Shown: positions 18,610-27,892, counted from the stretch's first letter. The stretch: 64,000 bases of DNA from Patescibacteria group bacterium (GCA_049318005.1 JBMOHE010000001.1:117995-181994); one strand, 5' to 3'. The notes: a model not told the origin generated them from the sequence alone. A program made the numbers and translations.

Positions 18610-20145
18610 TTATTTTGAAGCAATATCAACTCTCTTAATAACTTTCTTAAGCTCGGTCATTTTTAGCTCTCTACCTACCATTAATTCGTTTAATTTTTCA
18701 AGCCCACTATTTCTTTCCATAAGAGTAGATTCAATCTTTTTTATTTCCGTAATATCAGTTATAACCCCTACTAAACCAATAACCTTACCGTTAATATCTT
18801 TATAGGCCGCTTTGTGAAAAATAACATCATGAAGAGTGTTGTCTGAAGCGGGAAATTTCCCCTCATAAGAGCGCGTCCCATAACTTTCTAAGGCATTAAT
18901 ATCATCTTGATGATATTTCTCGGCCAGACTTTTATCTCGATAAATATCATGAATATAACGACCAACCACTTCATTCTTTTTTTTGCCGATTAAATTAAGA
19001 TAAGCCGAATTACAGCCCAAATAAACACCTTTGGAATTCTTATAAAATAATGGGCTAGGGATAGATTCAATCAGGGTCTCCATAAAATATAAGTTATTTT
19101 CATGACGACGTGAAACAGAAAGAGAAAAAAATAGAGAAGCAATAATTAGTAAGATCAGTATTAATCCTATAATAATCGGCCAAAAATATTGAGAGACTAA
19201 TTCACCTAAATCCATTTCTCCATAATTTTCATAGGGGTTGAGTTTAAGGGCCATTAAAAGGTCGTGAACTGACTGATAGTTTAAGGGTGTTGTAAAGCCA
19301 GCAATCTTAGCGCTATTCGCCGGAGCTGAGTTTTGTTCAATTTTAAATAAGGCACCCGCGATCTTACGTGACAAATTATCATCGACGTTACTTAATTTAG
19401 ATAAGGCCCACTCTGGATACAGTTTTGTGCTCCTAAAAAAATTAAAATACTCAGGATCATTAATAATCTTTTTTGAATAATCATTAATAATATAAAAATC
19501 TGTATTTTTAATTTTCTTATCAGCAATTAATTGTTCCAGGACTCCCGTTCTAGCTACTCCCGCATCATATTTTCCAGCTAAAACTTCCTCAACAACTTTA
19601 TTTTGCGCACCTAAAAATTTTAATTCTTTAAAGTCAGCAAAAGGATCAATGCCATAATCAATAAATTCTTTATAGGCTGCCTGCCAACCGCCAAAAGAAG
19701 TTGTTTCAACAGCAGCCACTGTTTTACCCCTTAGGTCTTTTAATTCCTTAATATCTTTTCTATCACTACGAGTCACAATAACACTACCGAATTGGGATGA
19801 TTCAACTCCGGCATTTAAAGCTCGTAAAGTTGCGATTCGGCTAGCGCCAAGTAAAAGTTCAAGCTGAACATAAATAGATGAGTTTGTTAAAACAAAACTC
19901 ACACCCTGACTACGAGAAACTGGTAGAACGTCCTGGAACGTAAGCGGAACAATTTGAAAAGTATAATCCTTAATTTCAGAATTTAAATAATCAGCCGTCG
20001 CCTGCCACATTTCTGCTGTTTTTTTCAAATCATTTTGGTTATCAAGAACGCCAATTTTTACAACTGGCAAGGCCTCTCCACGAGCAATCACTGGAAATAA
20101 TACTAACAGTGAGAAAAATAAAAATAATATTTTATTTTTAAACAT
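18610..20145 (-). CDS. Sensor protein made of a signal peptide, a PhnD/SsuA-like periplasmic solute-binding domain, a TM helix and a cytoplasmic PAS domain, with no output domain.
   Basis: The N-terminus MFKNKILFLFFSLLVLFPVIARG is followed by an SBP-like region (KIGVLDNQ...SFGGWQAAYKEF...), one TM helix (YFWPIIIGLILILLIIASLFF) and a PAS-like C-terminus. It ends 6 nt before the histidine kinase start. Confidence 0.7.
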   Translation of the reverse strand: MFKNKILFLFFSLLVLFPVIARGEALPVVKIGVLDNQNDLKKTAEMWQATADYLNSEIKDYTFQIVPLTFQDVLPVSRSQGVSFVLTNSSIYVQLELLLGASRIATLRALNAGVESSQFGSVIVTRSDRKDIKELKDLRGKTVAAVETTSFGGWQAAYKEFIDYGIDPFADFKELKFLGAQNKVVEEVLAGKYDAGVARTGVLEQLIADKKIKNTDFYIINDYSKKIINDPEYFNFFRSTKLYPEWALSKLSNVDDNLSRKIAGALFKIEQNSAPANSAKIAGFTTPLNYQSVHDLLMALKLNPYENYGEMDLGELVSQYFWPIIIGLILILLIIASLFFSLSVSRRHENNLYFMETLIESIPSPLFYKNSKGVYLGCNSAYLNLIGKKKNEVVGRYIHDIYRDKSLAEKYHQDDINALESYGTRSYEGKFPASDNTLHDVIFHKAAYKDINGKVIGLVGVITDITEIKKIESTLMERNSGLEKLNELMVGRELKMTELKKVIKRVDIASK

Positions 20146-20160
20146 ATTTTTCTTAAATAA

Positions 20161-20203
20161 ATCGGCTCCTCAAAATTAAAAGAGGGGCCGATTTAAAAGG
20201 AAT
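20161..20203 (-). terminator. Terminator after the pilin gene.
   Basis: ATCGGCTCCTC-aaaattaaaa-GAGGGGCCGAT hairpin; the minus strand is followed by a U-rich run. Confidence 0.55.
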
Positions 20204-20215
20204 TATAAACAAAAA

Positions 20216-20656
20216 TTAACGTGTTGCGGTAATCGTTGCGCCCTGCTCGGCGTTAGGAGCGGAAACAGTAACTCGACCGTTAACAGATTTAGAAATAGTA
20301 TATCTAATACCATTAGTCGAAGCGCCAATTGGATCAATAGGCATAGAGATCAAGTATTTTTCACTGGCAGTTAAAACGCCAAGGTCAATTAATCCAGTAC
20401 AAGTTCCACCCGTTTTACAAATTTCTGTAGTAGTAGAGGTAATAGAAGCGGGAATAGTTCCGGTATTATTAACTGAATATTGATAAACAGCATTTAAAAT
20501 AGTATTAACATCAACGCGTCTTTGAGCGTTTTTTGTATCGCCTAATTGCTTGCCCGGGTTAATGGCAAGAATAACAATGCTAGCTAAAATGGCGATAGCG
20601 GCAACTACTAAGAGGATTTCTAATAAGGTAAAACCTTTAAAATTAGTTTTTTTCAT
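20216..20656 (-). CDS. Type IV pilin (candidate major pilin, 146 aa).
   Basis: MKKTNFKGFTLLEILLVVAAIAILASIVILAI is a prepilin leader with G^FTLLE; the size is typical of PilA/ComGC-like pilins, and the gene has its own terminator. Confidence 0.85.
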   Translation of the reverse strand: MKKTNFKGFTLLEILLVVAAIAILASIVILAINPGKQLGDTKNAQRRVDVNTILNAVYQYSVNNTGTIPASITSTTTEICKTGGTCTGLIDLGVLTASEKYLISMPIDPIGASTNGIRYTISKSVNGRVTVSAPNAEQGATITATR

Positions 20657-20755
20657 AATGTCTTAAGTTAAATTTTTATATGAGAAGTATTTAATTATTA
20701 ATATTATATCATGTTTTTCTTACAGCGCCAAGCTTTAAGGCTAAGAAATTTTGTC

Positions 20756-21178
20756 CTAATCGGCCACGTCTGACCAAGAAGAAATGATGATTTTCGGGCT
20801 TATTGCACTAATAAAAATTCTTACTTTTTTTGTATCGCTTAAAATAGTACTGGTCGCGTCAATTGTTCGCGTTGACGCGCCTGTATTAGTAACCGAATAG
20901 AAACAAGTTCCCCCACTAAGAGTAATCGTGTTTGACCCAGTGAAACTAGTATTATCACGAACTTGCTGGAGCGCCTCCTCGGCGCAAGCGTCAGCTAAAA
21001 ATTTAGCTCTAAATGAGTTTGTGTAAATCAAACTGCTTTTAGTGGCGTCTATCCCACTGGTTAACATAAAGAGAACAATACTAAAAATAACAGCGCCAAT
21101 AATAATAACGCTAATTAAAGTTATATAGCCCTTTTCCTCCCTACTTTTAAATAGTAATTTTATTGTGTTTCTTATCAT
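20756..21178 (-). CDS. PilX-like minor pilus assembly protein.
   Basis: The N-terminal TM GYITLISVIIIGAVIF is followed by AKFLADACAEEALQQV, resembling the PilX_N AEAGLE region. A paralog lies at 63267..63671. Confidence 0.55.
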   Translation of the reverse strand: MIRNTIKLLFKSREEKGYITLISVIIIGAVIFSIVLFMLTSGIDATKSSLIYTNSFRAKFLADACAEEALQQVRDNTSFTGSNTITLSGGTCFYSVTNTGASTRTIDATSTILSDTKKVRIFISAISPKIIISSWSDVAD

Positions 21179-21180
21179 AC

Positions 21181-21702
21181 TTAGTAACGATGACTAACGC
21201 TCATGTTAAAATTTTTAGTATATGAATATTCTGAACGCCCAAAAGAATCCACTGCACTTAAAGTAAAACGACAATTAATACTATCAGGGGCTCCGGTTTT
21301 CCCATAATTAGCACAAAGAAAATTTGTAACTGTTACTTTAGAATTTGTTAAAGCTATGTCTGAGCCGCCTGCTAAATTTATCATTAAACCACTACCGACA
21401 AGTTTAAAAACGGTTGGATTACGACTAGCGTCAGAGAAACTTAGAGTTAAACTTGAACCACTCACTCCCGGTAAGGGCGCAGTAATATTCGCAGCCGCTT
21501 TGATATTTTGATTAAGTAATTGAGTTATATTTATCCCCTGTTGTTCTATTTCAGAAATTATTTGATTTTTCTCTTTGGCCTGAGAAACGGCATTCATAAA
21601 AGATGAAATCGTTAAAACTAATGTTCCCATAATCGAAACATATAAAAGCAGCTCTACTAAAGTAAATCCCTGTTTATTTTTTTGTTTTTTCAAAATTATC
21701 AT
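21181..21702 (-). CDS. Minor pilin / pseudopilin (prepilin-type N-terminus).
   Basis: NKQGFTLVELLLYVSIMGTLVLTI carries the G^FTLVE motif. Confidence 0.75.
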   Translation of the reverse strand: MIILKKQKNKQGFTLVELLLYVSIMGTLVLTISSFMNAVSQAKEKNQIISEIEQQGINITQLLNQNIKAAANITAPLPGVSGSSLTLSFSDASRNPTVFKLVGSGLMINLAGGSDIALTNSKVTVTNFLCANYGKTGAPDSINCRFTLSAVDSFGRSEYSYTKNFNMSVSHRY

Positions 21703-21704
21703 TA

Positions 21705-23183
21705 TTATTGCGGTTTAGTAATAACTAGCTGCCTATTGCTACTACCGACAAAACGAGCGCCAGCTAAATAAAGTCTATCGTAAGTAGGACTATAATCTAT
21801 TCCGTTTGTATTAAAATTAGAAGTCGTGCCAGAAATATCCATTACGCTTAACTGGGTAGGGGTTGTCGGGTTAGTCACGTCAAATATTCTCAACTCCCCG
21901 CTAGTAAGAGTATTGGCAAGGGCCAAGTAGGTATCATTATTAAATAAAACCATGCCCTGAGCTGAGCCGCCAGTTGACCAACCATTAGCTGCTAAAAGTA
22001 CTGGCACGGTTTTACTGGTAATATTAATAGGATAAACAATAGCATCCATACGACTAAGAAAAGCGACTGTACTAGCTGAATTAACCATAATCGCGCGACC
22101 ATTAGTCGCGGTCGCGGCACCAATAATATTAATAACCGCTGTCCTAACCGGCAGAGCTGGATTAGTTATATCAATTATTTGAAATTCACGGATATCATCT
22201 TGAGAAGCTATATAAGCATAATTTCCAACTACACGTATGTCTTGAGCAGTTGCTTCGAGATTTAAAACGCCGGCCGACGTTGGTAAAGCGGGGTTGCTAA
22301 CGTTTACTACCTCAAATTCATTTTGACCATTAGTAGCACTAAGCGCACGAACAAAATAAACATAATTTCCCGATATAGCTGAACCATAAGCATCGCTATT
22401 ACCAGCCGCATTAAAAGTCCCAACTAAAGCCGGGGCGGCCTTATTAGTAATATTAACAATCTGAAGCTCGTTCGCATTCCCCGTTCCAGTTACATAAGCA
22501 TAATTACCCGATACGATAACGTTACTCAAATTGGCTACCAAAGTTGCGCTACCAGTTAAGACTGGGTTAGTAGTTGATGAAATGTTTACTACTAAAAAAT
22601 TAGGGGTACCTGATACTAAAACAACATAGGCATAATCGCCGAAAACAGTTACATCAACTCCGGAGGTAGTCGGCACGGCGGCATAACCAGTTTCTATAGA
22701 CGGTAATGACCAATTTCCAATTCCCGATTTTGCCCAATTTGTTAAATAGGTTACTAAACTAAAACTACCACTGCGCTGAGCATTCTGATTCCAGGTAACG
22801 GTTGAAGTTGCAACTAATCTATCTGTTCCATTTGAACCAATTAAAATTTGTCTAATAAATTCTCCATCTGTATTACTGGTTCCAGAGATAGACCAACTTC
22901 CAGTTGAAGTTGAAACTCCGTATGGTCCTCCAATACTTAAATTAGTAAAAGCAGCATCGCTAATATTTCTTAAAGCCTCAAGACCTTCTTCGGCATATAA
23001 AGCCGCTCTCTGCCTTTCGCCACTAAGCACTGCTGCTTCTTCGCCATAAAGAAAAGCCTGCACAGCGAATGAAGTGATAATTAAAAAAAGAGCCGCCGAA
23101 AGCATTACTTCAAGTAAAGCAAAGCCACTTTTTTTAGTAACTAATTGTTCCTTGAGAGTTAATAGAAACATTTTTAGATTCAT
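21705..23183 (-). CDS. Large pilin-like protein with a prepilin-type N-terminal helix fused to LVIVD-repeat (β-propeller) modules.
   Basis: KKSGFALLEVMLSAALFLIITSF (G^FALLE), then repeated GNYAYV...N(I/V)(S/T)NPxxP units (PF08309-like LVIVD repeats). It overlaps the upstream ORF by about 40-50 nt. Confidence 0.7.
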   Translation of the reverse strand: MNLKMFLLTLKEQLVTKKSGFALLEVMLSAALFLIITSFAVQAFLYGEEAAVLSGERQRAALYAEEGLEALRNISDAAFTNLSIGGPYGVSTSTGSWSISGTSNTDGEFIRQILIGSNGTDRLVATSTVTWNQNAQRSGSFSLVTYLTNWAKSGIGNWSLPSIETGYAAVPTTSGVDVTVFGDYAYVVLVSGTPNFLVVNISSTTNPVLTGSATLVANLSNVIVSGNYAYVTGTGNANELQIVNITNKAAPALVGTFNAAGNSDAYGSAISGNYVYFVRALSATNGQNEFEVVNVSNPALPTSAGVLNLEATAQDIRVVGNYAYIASQDDIREFQIIDITNPALPVRTAVINIIGAATATNGRAIMVNSASTVAFLSRMDAIVYPINITSKTVPVLLAANGWSTGGSAQGMVLFNNDTYLALANTLTSGELRIFDVTNPTTPTQLSVMDISGTTSNFNTNGIDYSPTYDRLYLAGARFVGSSNRQLVITKPQ

Positions 23184-23577
23184 TATTAATTGAATTTAAA
23201 ATAATTGTACCGTTTGTAATTGGCGTCCCCGTAGCTTTATAAAAAACTACTTCCGTTAAACCACTAACAGAGCCTAAACTATTTAAATTTTCGCTTTCAT
23301 CATAAGCGCTATCGCGAGAGATATATGAAGATCCTTTAAACGTTACTGAGCTCGTGCTTGTTATATAAACTCCCCAATTAGAATCAGCTTCTGCTCCGCG
23401 CGCCAAGCTTTGAGCTCGACGCCAATCAGAAACTACTTGCTTAACAGCTAAATCAAGGTTATTGCGATTATAAAAAAAACCGGAGACCGGAATAATAATT
23501 GCCGCTAGGACTCCAATCGTAGTAAGCACTAAAAGTATTTCAATTAAAGTAAAGCCCGAAGACTTTTTTTTGAGCAT
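23134..23577 (-). CDS. Minor pilin / pseudopilin.
   Basis: MLKKKSSGFTLIEILLVLTTIGVLAAIIIP (G^FTLIE). Confidence 0.75.
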   Translation of the reverse strand: MLKKKSSGFTLIEILLVLTTIGVLAAIIIPVSGFFYNRNNLDLAVKQVVSDWRRAQSLARGAEADSNWGVYITSTSSVTFKGSSYISRDSAYDESENLNSLGSVSGLTEVVFYKATGTPITNGTIILNSINNESKNVSINSQGTISY

Positions 23578-23591
23578 ACGTTAAATGAACC

Positions 23592-24674
23592 TTAATTAAG
23601 AGAATTATAGCCGCCAATCAAACTATAAATAGGTAAAATAATAGATAAGGCAACGCCGACAACGCCCAACCAAACAACAATTAGTAAAATCGGCTCTAGA
23701 ATAACTACTAGATTCTTAGTCGTCATTTCAGTTTTATCATTATAGCTTTCGCCAATTTTGACAAGAATATCAGCTAAATTACCCGACTGTTCCCCGGCAA
23801 TAATCATTTGCTGAATTGAGTATGGCATTATTTTGTTTACCTTTTTATAAGAAGCAAAACTTTTTTGAAAAGAATTCCCTTCTTCAACATAATCTTTTAA
23901 AAAAGTATAAAATTTTTGATAGCGAAAAAATGTACTTGAACTTTTTATTGACTCTAGCGCCTGCTCGACTGGCAAACCAGCTCCAAGCAAAGTTCCTAGT
24001 AAGTAACCAAAGCGCGCTAATTCAACTTCTTGAACTAATTTACTTATTCCCGGAGTTGCTAAAACGATAGACTGACCAATAAATTTTGTTTTCGAGAAAA
24101 TAAAAATAAAATAAATTAAAGCCGAGAGAAATAATAAGAAAGATGGAACTACTATATATCCATAGGCCCCTAAAAATTTTCCAAAATCAATCATTAATCT
24201 TGTAATAAGTGGCAACTTTACATTCATTTGCGAAAAAACAGTCGCTAAATTAGGCAAGATAAACCAAGAAATACCAATTGAGATTACGAGAGCTAAAAAA
24301 ATAACAAAAACCGGATACATCATGGCCGACTTAAGTTTAGATTTAAACTCTTTATTTTTTTCAGTTTGACTGGCAACAATTTTTAAATTTTCTGATAATC
24401 GTCCTGTTTCTTCTCCAATTTTAATTAAAGAAATTGTTGATTCCGGGAAAAGATTAGAGGAGGCGGCGGCCCGCCAAAAAGAAGAACCATTTTCTACCTC
24501 TTGGCTCATGTGGTTTAATATCTCACTCAAATACTTTGATTTGATCTCTTTTTGAACAGCCAAAAGAGCCATAGAAACATTTAAACCAGAGGATAATAAA
24601 AGGGTTAAATTTTCAATTAAAATTCCCCTTTCAGCACCCGTCCCCAAAGATGAAAAAAAATTATTTTTTTGCAT
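23592..24674 (-). CDS. pilC: Type IV pilus / T2SS inner-membrane platform protein PilC/GspF.
   Basis: Duplicated GspF domains; IKIGEETGRLSENL and a second IAGEQSGNLADIL motif; three TM helices. Confidence 0.85.
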   Translation of the reverse strand: MQKNNFFSSLGTGAERGILIENLTLLLSSGLNVSMALLAVQKEIKSKYLSEILNHMSQEVENGSSFWRAAASSNLFPESTISLIKIGEETGRLSENLKIVASQTEKNKEFKSKLKSAMMYPVFVIFLALVISIGISWFILPNLATVFSQMNVKLPLITRLMIDFGKFLGAYGYIVVPSFLLFLSALIYFIFIFSKTKFIGQSIVLATPGISKLVQEVELARFGYLLGTLLGAGLPVEQALESIKSSSTFFRYQKFYTFLKDYVEEGNSFQKSFASYKKVNKIMPYSIQQMIIAGEQSGNLADILVKIGESYNDKTEMTTKNLVVILEPILLIVVWLGVVGVALSIILPIYSLIGGYNSLN

Positions 24675-26316
24675 ACGGCGGGTTGGCTACGCGAAGTAAT
24701 TCGTCTAAAGTTGTTAAGCCATTCTTTACTTTCTCAAGCCCATCTTCAAATAAAGATATGGCTCCATTTCTTTTAGCGACTTCCCAAATTTGCTGACTAG
24801 AAGGATTTTTTAAAATTAATTCTTGCAGTTCGGGGTTTATACTTATGAATTCAAAAATTCCAATTCTTCCCTTATACCCAGTTCCAGAACAATTGGGACA
24901 ACCCTTACCTTTGTACAAAGTAACATTCTCTTTGCCAAAATATTTTTTTGCTTGCGGCAATGTTTTTTCTAAACTTGATGTTTTAACATTAATAGAATAG
25001 CGGCAAGACTCGCAAATACGACGCGCTAAACGCTGGGCAACAATTAATTCAAGCGTTGAGGATAAAAGAAAAGGCTCTATGCCCATATCTATTAAACGCG
25101 GAATAGAGGTTGAAGCGTCGTTAGCATGAAAAGTTGAAAGCAAAAGATGGCCAGTCAAAGCAGCGTTAACAGCAATTTCCGCCGTTTCCTGATCGCGAAT
25201 TTCGCCAACTAAAATAATATCCGGATCCTGCCTAACAATAGAACGCAATCCCTTAGCAAAAGTTAAATTAGTTTGTTGATTAACTTGAATCTGATTAATG
25301 CCGGAAATTTTAAACTCAACTGGATCTTCGATAGTTGTAATATTTACTTCGGGATCATTAAGTGTTCTAAGGACAGCATATAAAGTCGTCGTTTTTCCGC
25401 TACCAGTTGGGCCGGTAACTAAAATCATGCCAAAAGGTTTTTTTGCCGATATTTCTAATAATTTCTGACTATCACCAAGCAAGCCCAAGTCACTCAAAGC
25501 AAAGCTACGCATATAATCAGCGAGCAGACGAAGAACAATTTTCTCACCATCTAAAGTCGGGATTAAAGAAAAACGAGCATCAATTAAACGACCGTCACGA
25601 ACAAAGCGAATCGCACCGTCCTGAGCGGCATAATGTTCATCGATTCTTAAACGAGCTTGAACCTTCAAGCGGTTAACAATATTCTCATAATATTCTTTAG
25701 GAATTCTTCCAGCCTCATGCAAAACGCCATCAACACGAAATCTAACAACCACTTCTTTTTCTTGAGGCTCAAAATGGATATCAGAAGTTCTAAAACTAAC
25801 CGCATCAGTTAAAATTTCTTCGATGATTTCCGGGGCGACGCTTTTCTGGTCTTTAATAATCTGACTAAATCTAGTTGCTAAGGTTTTTCTATATTTACCC
25901 AGAGCGGCTTCAATATCTTCTTCAAGCGAGTAAGCTAAAGAAACCTTTTTCTTAGGAAATAAAATTTTTATCTTATCAATTAAATGAATATTATCCGGAG
26001 TATCGGTCGCAATCACTACTTCTTTAGCCCCTTCTTCAAATAATATCAAACGAAATTTTTGAGCTATTTCTTCAGGTATTTTAGCAATTTGCTCCTTACT
26101 CGGCTGATTTGAATTTAAATCTGCATAAGCTAATTTATAAAATTCAGCAATCGCCTGCCCTAATAAATCAGAGGTTAATATTTCTTCGGCAATTAAATAA
26201 TCAGCTAAACTTGTATGTCTAGCTTCACTATTCTTTAATGCTAAGACTAAATCTTTTTCTTCAACATAATTACCGCTAAGTAAAACTTGCTGTAATTGCT
26301 TGTCTGATAATTTTAT
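24661..26316 (-). CDS. pilB: PilB/GspE-family pilus assembly ATPase, second copy. There is no canonical start codon: the GspE N-domain coding sequence begins immediately after the stop of the upstream response regulator gene.
   Basis: GPTGSGKTTTLY (Walker A), DPDIILVGEIRD, LTGHLLLSTFHAND (His box) and a tetracysteine motif C..C...C..C. My translation upstream of the ORF-track TTG start continues without a stop as FPIKLSDKQLQQVLLSGNYVEEKDL...LGQAIAEFYKLAYADLNS...IPEEIAQKFRLILFEE (GspE_N domain). The codon aligned with Met1 of the first pilB is ATA. Confidence 0.8.
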   Translation of the reverse strand: MKLSDKQLQQVLLSGNYVEEKDLVLALKNSEARHTSLADYLIAEEILTSDLLGQAIAEFYKLAYADLNSNQPSKEQIAKIPEEIAQKFRLILFEEGAKEVVIATDTPDNIHLIDKIKILFPKKKVSLAYSLEEDIEAALGKYRKTLATRFSQIIKDQKSVAPEIIEEILTDAVSFRTSDIHFEPQEKEVVVRFRVDGVLHEAGRIPKEYYENIVNRLKVQARLRIDEHYAAQDGAIRFVRDGRLIDARFSLIPTLDGEKIVLRLLADYMRSFALSDLGLLGDSQKLLEISAKKPFGMILVTGPTGSGKTTTLYAVLRTLNDPEVNITTIEDPVEFKISGINQIQVNQQTNLTFAKGLRSIVRQDPDIILVGEIRDQETAEIAVNAALTGHLLLSTFHANDASTSIPRLIDMGIEPFLLSSTLELIVAQRLARRICESCRYSINVKTSSLEKTLPQAKKYFGKENVTLYKGKGCPNCSGTGYKGRIGIFEFISINPELQELILKNPSSQQIWEVAKRNGAISLFEDGLEKVKNGLTTLDELLRVANPPYAKK

Positions 26317-26322
26317 GGGAAA

Positions 26323-26703
26323 TTATTTAACTTTTAGAATTTTTTTGATGTTTTCGATAATATCGAGAAGCGGAGTATTTGATTTAATAAAAAAAGCCAC
26401 GGCGCCAAGGTCCTTAGCTTTTTTAGCGTCATCTTCCTGGCTCAAATTAGACAAAACGACAATCGGCGTTTTAATTTTTTTAGCATTCATTTCTATCATA
26501 ATACTAAAACCATCTCGTTTTGGCATCATTATATCAAGGAGAATAATATCAAATTTCTCTTTAAGAATAAGGTCCATTGCCTCTTCGCCGTTACTCGCTA
26601 TGGTCGGCAAAAAACCTGAATGACTCAGTTTTAGTTGAAGCGCATTGGCCATTAGTCTTTCATCCTCGGCTATCAACACTTTTTTCAATTTAATTTCAGG
26701 CAT
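26323..26703 (-). CDS. Single-domain response regulator (REC only), in the same reading frame as the downstream pilB.
   Basis: KVLIAEDERL...DIILLDIMMPKRDGF...LSNLSQEDDAKKAKDLGAVAFFIKS; paralog of 2898..3263. Its stop TAA (26323-26325) is followed in-frame by the GspE_N coding sequence. Confidence 0.85.
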   Translation of the reverse strand: MPEIKLKKVLIAEDERLMANALQLKLSHSGFLPTIASNGEEAMDLILKEKFDIILLDIMMPKRDGFSIMIEMNAKKIKTPIVVLSNLSQEDDAKKAKDLGAVAFFIKSNTPLLDIIENIKKILKVK

Positions 26704-26777
26704 AAATTACAAAAAGACAATATTTATCGATATTTAAATAATATCATAATTAGACTAATTCGACAATATTTTAAATA

Positions 26778-26806
26778 AAAAGCTATCTCGAGAGATAGCT
26801 TTGGGA
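26778..26806 (-). terminator. Palindromic hairpin / terminator candidate.
   Basis: AGCTATCTC-ga-GAGATAGCT palindrome flanked by A/T runs, downstream of 26836..27204. Confidence 0.45.
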
Positions 26807-26835
26807 AGGGCTTAATTTTTAAATTTGATGATTTT

Positions 26836-27204
26836 TTAAGTTGGAATAACCACTGGGGAATGTCCAAATAATTCTTTGTCTAAAACTGGTAAGGCAAGTT
26901 TACCGGGAACCTCGCCATCGTTAACTAAAACAAGAAGATAGATTATCATTTCTTTGGCGGCATAGGTTGGGCGGCCACCGGCTTTTTTGTATTCCTCGTT
27001 ATCGAGAAAAACTGACTCTTCTTCGAAAGACAAAATAAAATTGATTTCCTTGACGCCCGATATGCCGAGCTCAATTTGATCATCTTTATAGTAAAACTTG
27101 GTTAATGAAAAATCTAAATCATCTTTCTTTAATTGACAAATTTTCTCACTAACCGCAATGAAAAAATTACTTTTAATCATTTTTTTTGCTTCTCCGGTTT
27201 CCAT
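26836..27204 (-). CDS. Hypothetical protein (122 aa).
   Basis: Clean ORF; no motif recognised. Confidence 0.45.
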   Translation of the reverse strand: METGEAKKMIKSNFFIAVSEKICQLKKDDLDFSLTKFYYKDDQIELGISGVKEINFILSFEEESVFLDNEEYKKAGGRPTYAAKEMIIYLLVLVNDGEVPGKLALPVLDKELFGHSPVVIPT

Positions 27205-27289
27205 CCTTTTTGGTTTTTAAAATGTACGTAATTCAAAATTTAACACTATATAAACATATATCTTCTGATACTATATTTTCAAAAAAAAC

Positions 27290-27892
27290 CTATCTTCCCG
27301 AACTAAAGTCATCTGTTTTCAAATCTAATTTTCTTAGGAAACCATTCGCTGCTGCGATATCCCCATCAGACGCGGCTGTATAGGCATTAACATAGTCCGC
27401 AAAATTCTCAGCATTAACCGAAGCCATTGTGCTTGCTCCAACAAGACTCCTCCATGCCTTATAGTCGTTAGACTGTATAGCATTTTTTATTGTTTGGCTT
27501 TTAGAAGATGATTGAAAAAAACTTTTCTTTAGACCTAAAGATATTTTTATTGGATTTGCATCTTCAACATTACCCTGCTTAAGAAGCCTATAGGCGTTAG
27601 TAAAACTCGAAAAATTTTGTTCCGTCACCTTACTTTTTATATTTTCATCACTCACTAAGACACTCCAGGTTTCATAATCATTGTTCATGATAGCCGAATC
27701 TATTTGCGCATTTTTAGCTTGAGTAAGAGCGATGCTAATTCTTACTCCGGCAAAAGCGGCTACTGGAAGCAAAAAAACCGCTAACAAAAATATTCCAACT
27801 ACCAAAGACTTCTTGTATTTTTTTGTAAAGTTTTTAACATTAGCAAAAAAATCATTTTTTACATTTTTTTGATCCTTAATTTCATTCTTCAT
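27290..27892 (-). CDS. Membrane-anchored protein with two tandem ~45-aa repeats.
   Basis: N-terminal TM (LVVGIFLLAVFLLPVAAFA); internal repeat NDYETWSVLVSDEN...FSSFTNAYRLL versus NDYKAWRSLVGAST...FADYVNAYTAA. Confidence 0.55.
   Translation of the reverse strand: MKNEIKDQKNVKNDFFANVKNFTKKYKKSLVVGIFLLAVFLLPVAAFAGVRISIALTQAKNAQIDSAIMNNDYETWSVLVSDENIKSKVTEQNFSSFTNAYRLLKQGNVEDANPIKISLGLKKSFFQSSSKSQTIKNAIQSNDYKAWRSLVGASTMASVNAENFADYVNAYTAASDGDIAAANGFLRKLDLKTDDFSSGR

Noticed and set aside
26323-26325. Alternative genetic code (stop-codon reassignment) explaining the in-frame TAA between REC and pilB.
   Set aside because: All other genes, including ORFs of 1,200 to 2,100 codons, terminate normally with standard stops; TAA is used as a stop elsewhere (e.g. 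metK).
26700-27300. A direct repeat of the tRNA-Ser 3' end marking the far boundary of an integrated island carrying the RT module.
   Set aside because: Only a weak resemblance (CTCGAGAGATAGC versus GGAGAGACAGGG) inside a palindromic terminator; not convincing by eye and needs a computed search.
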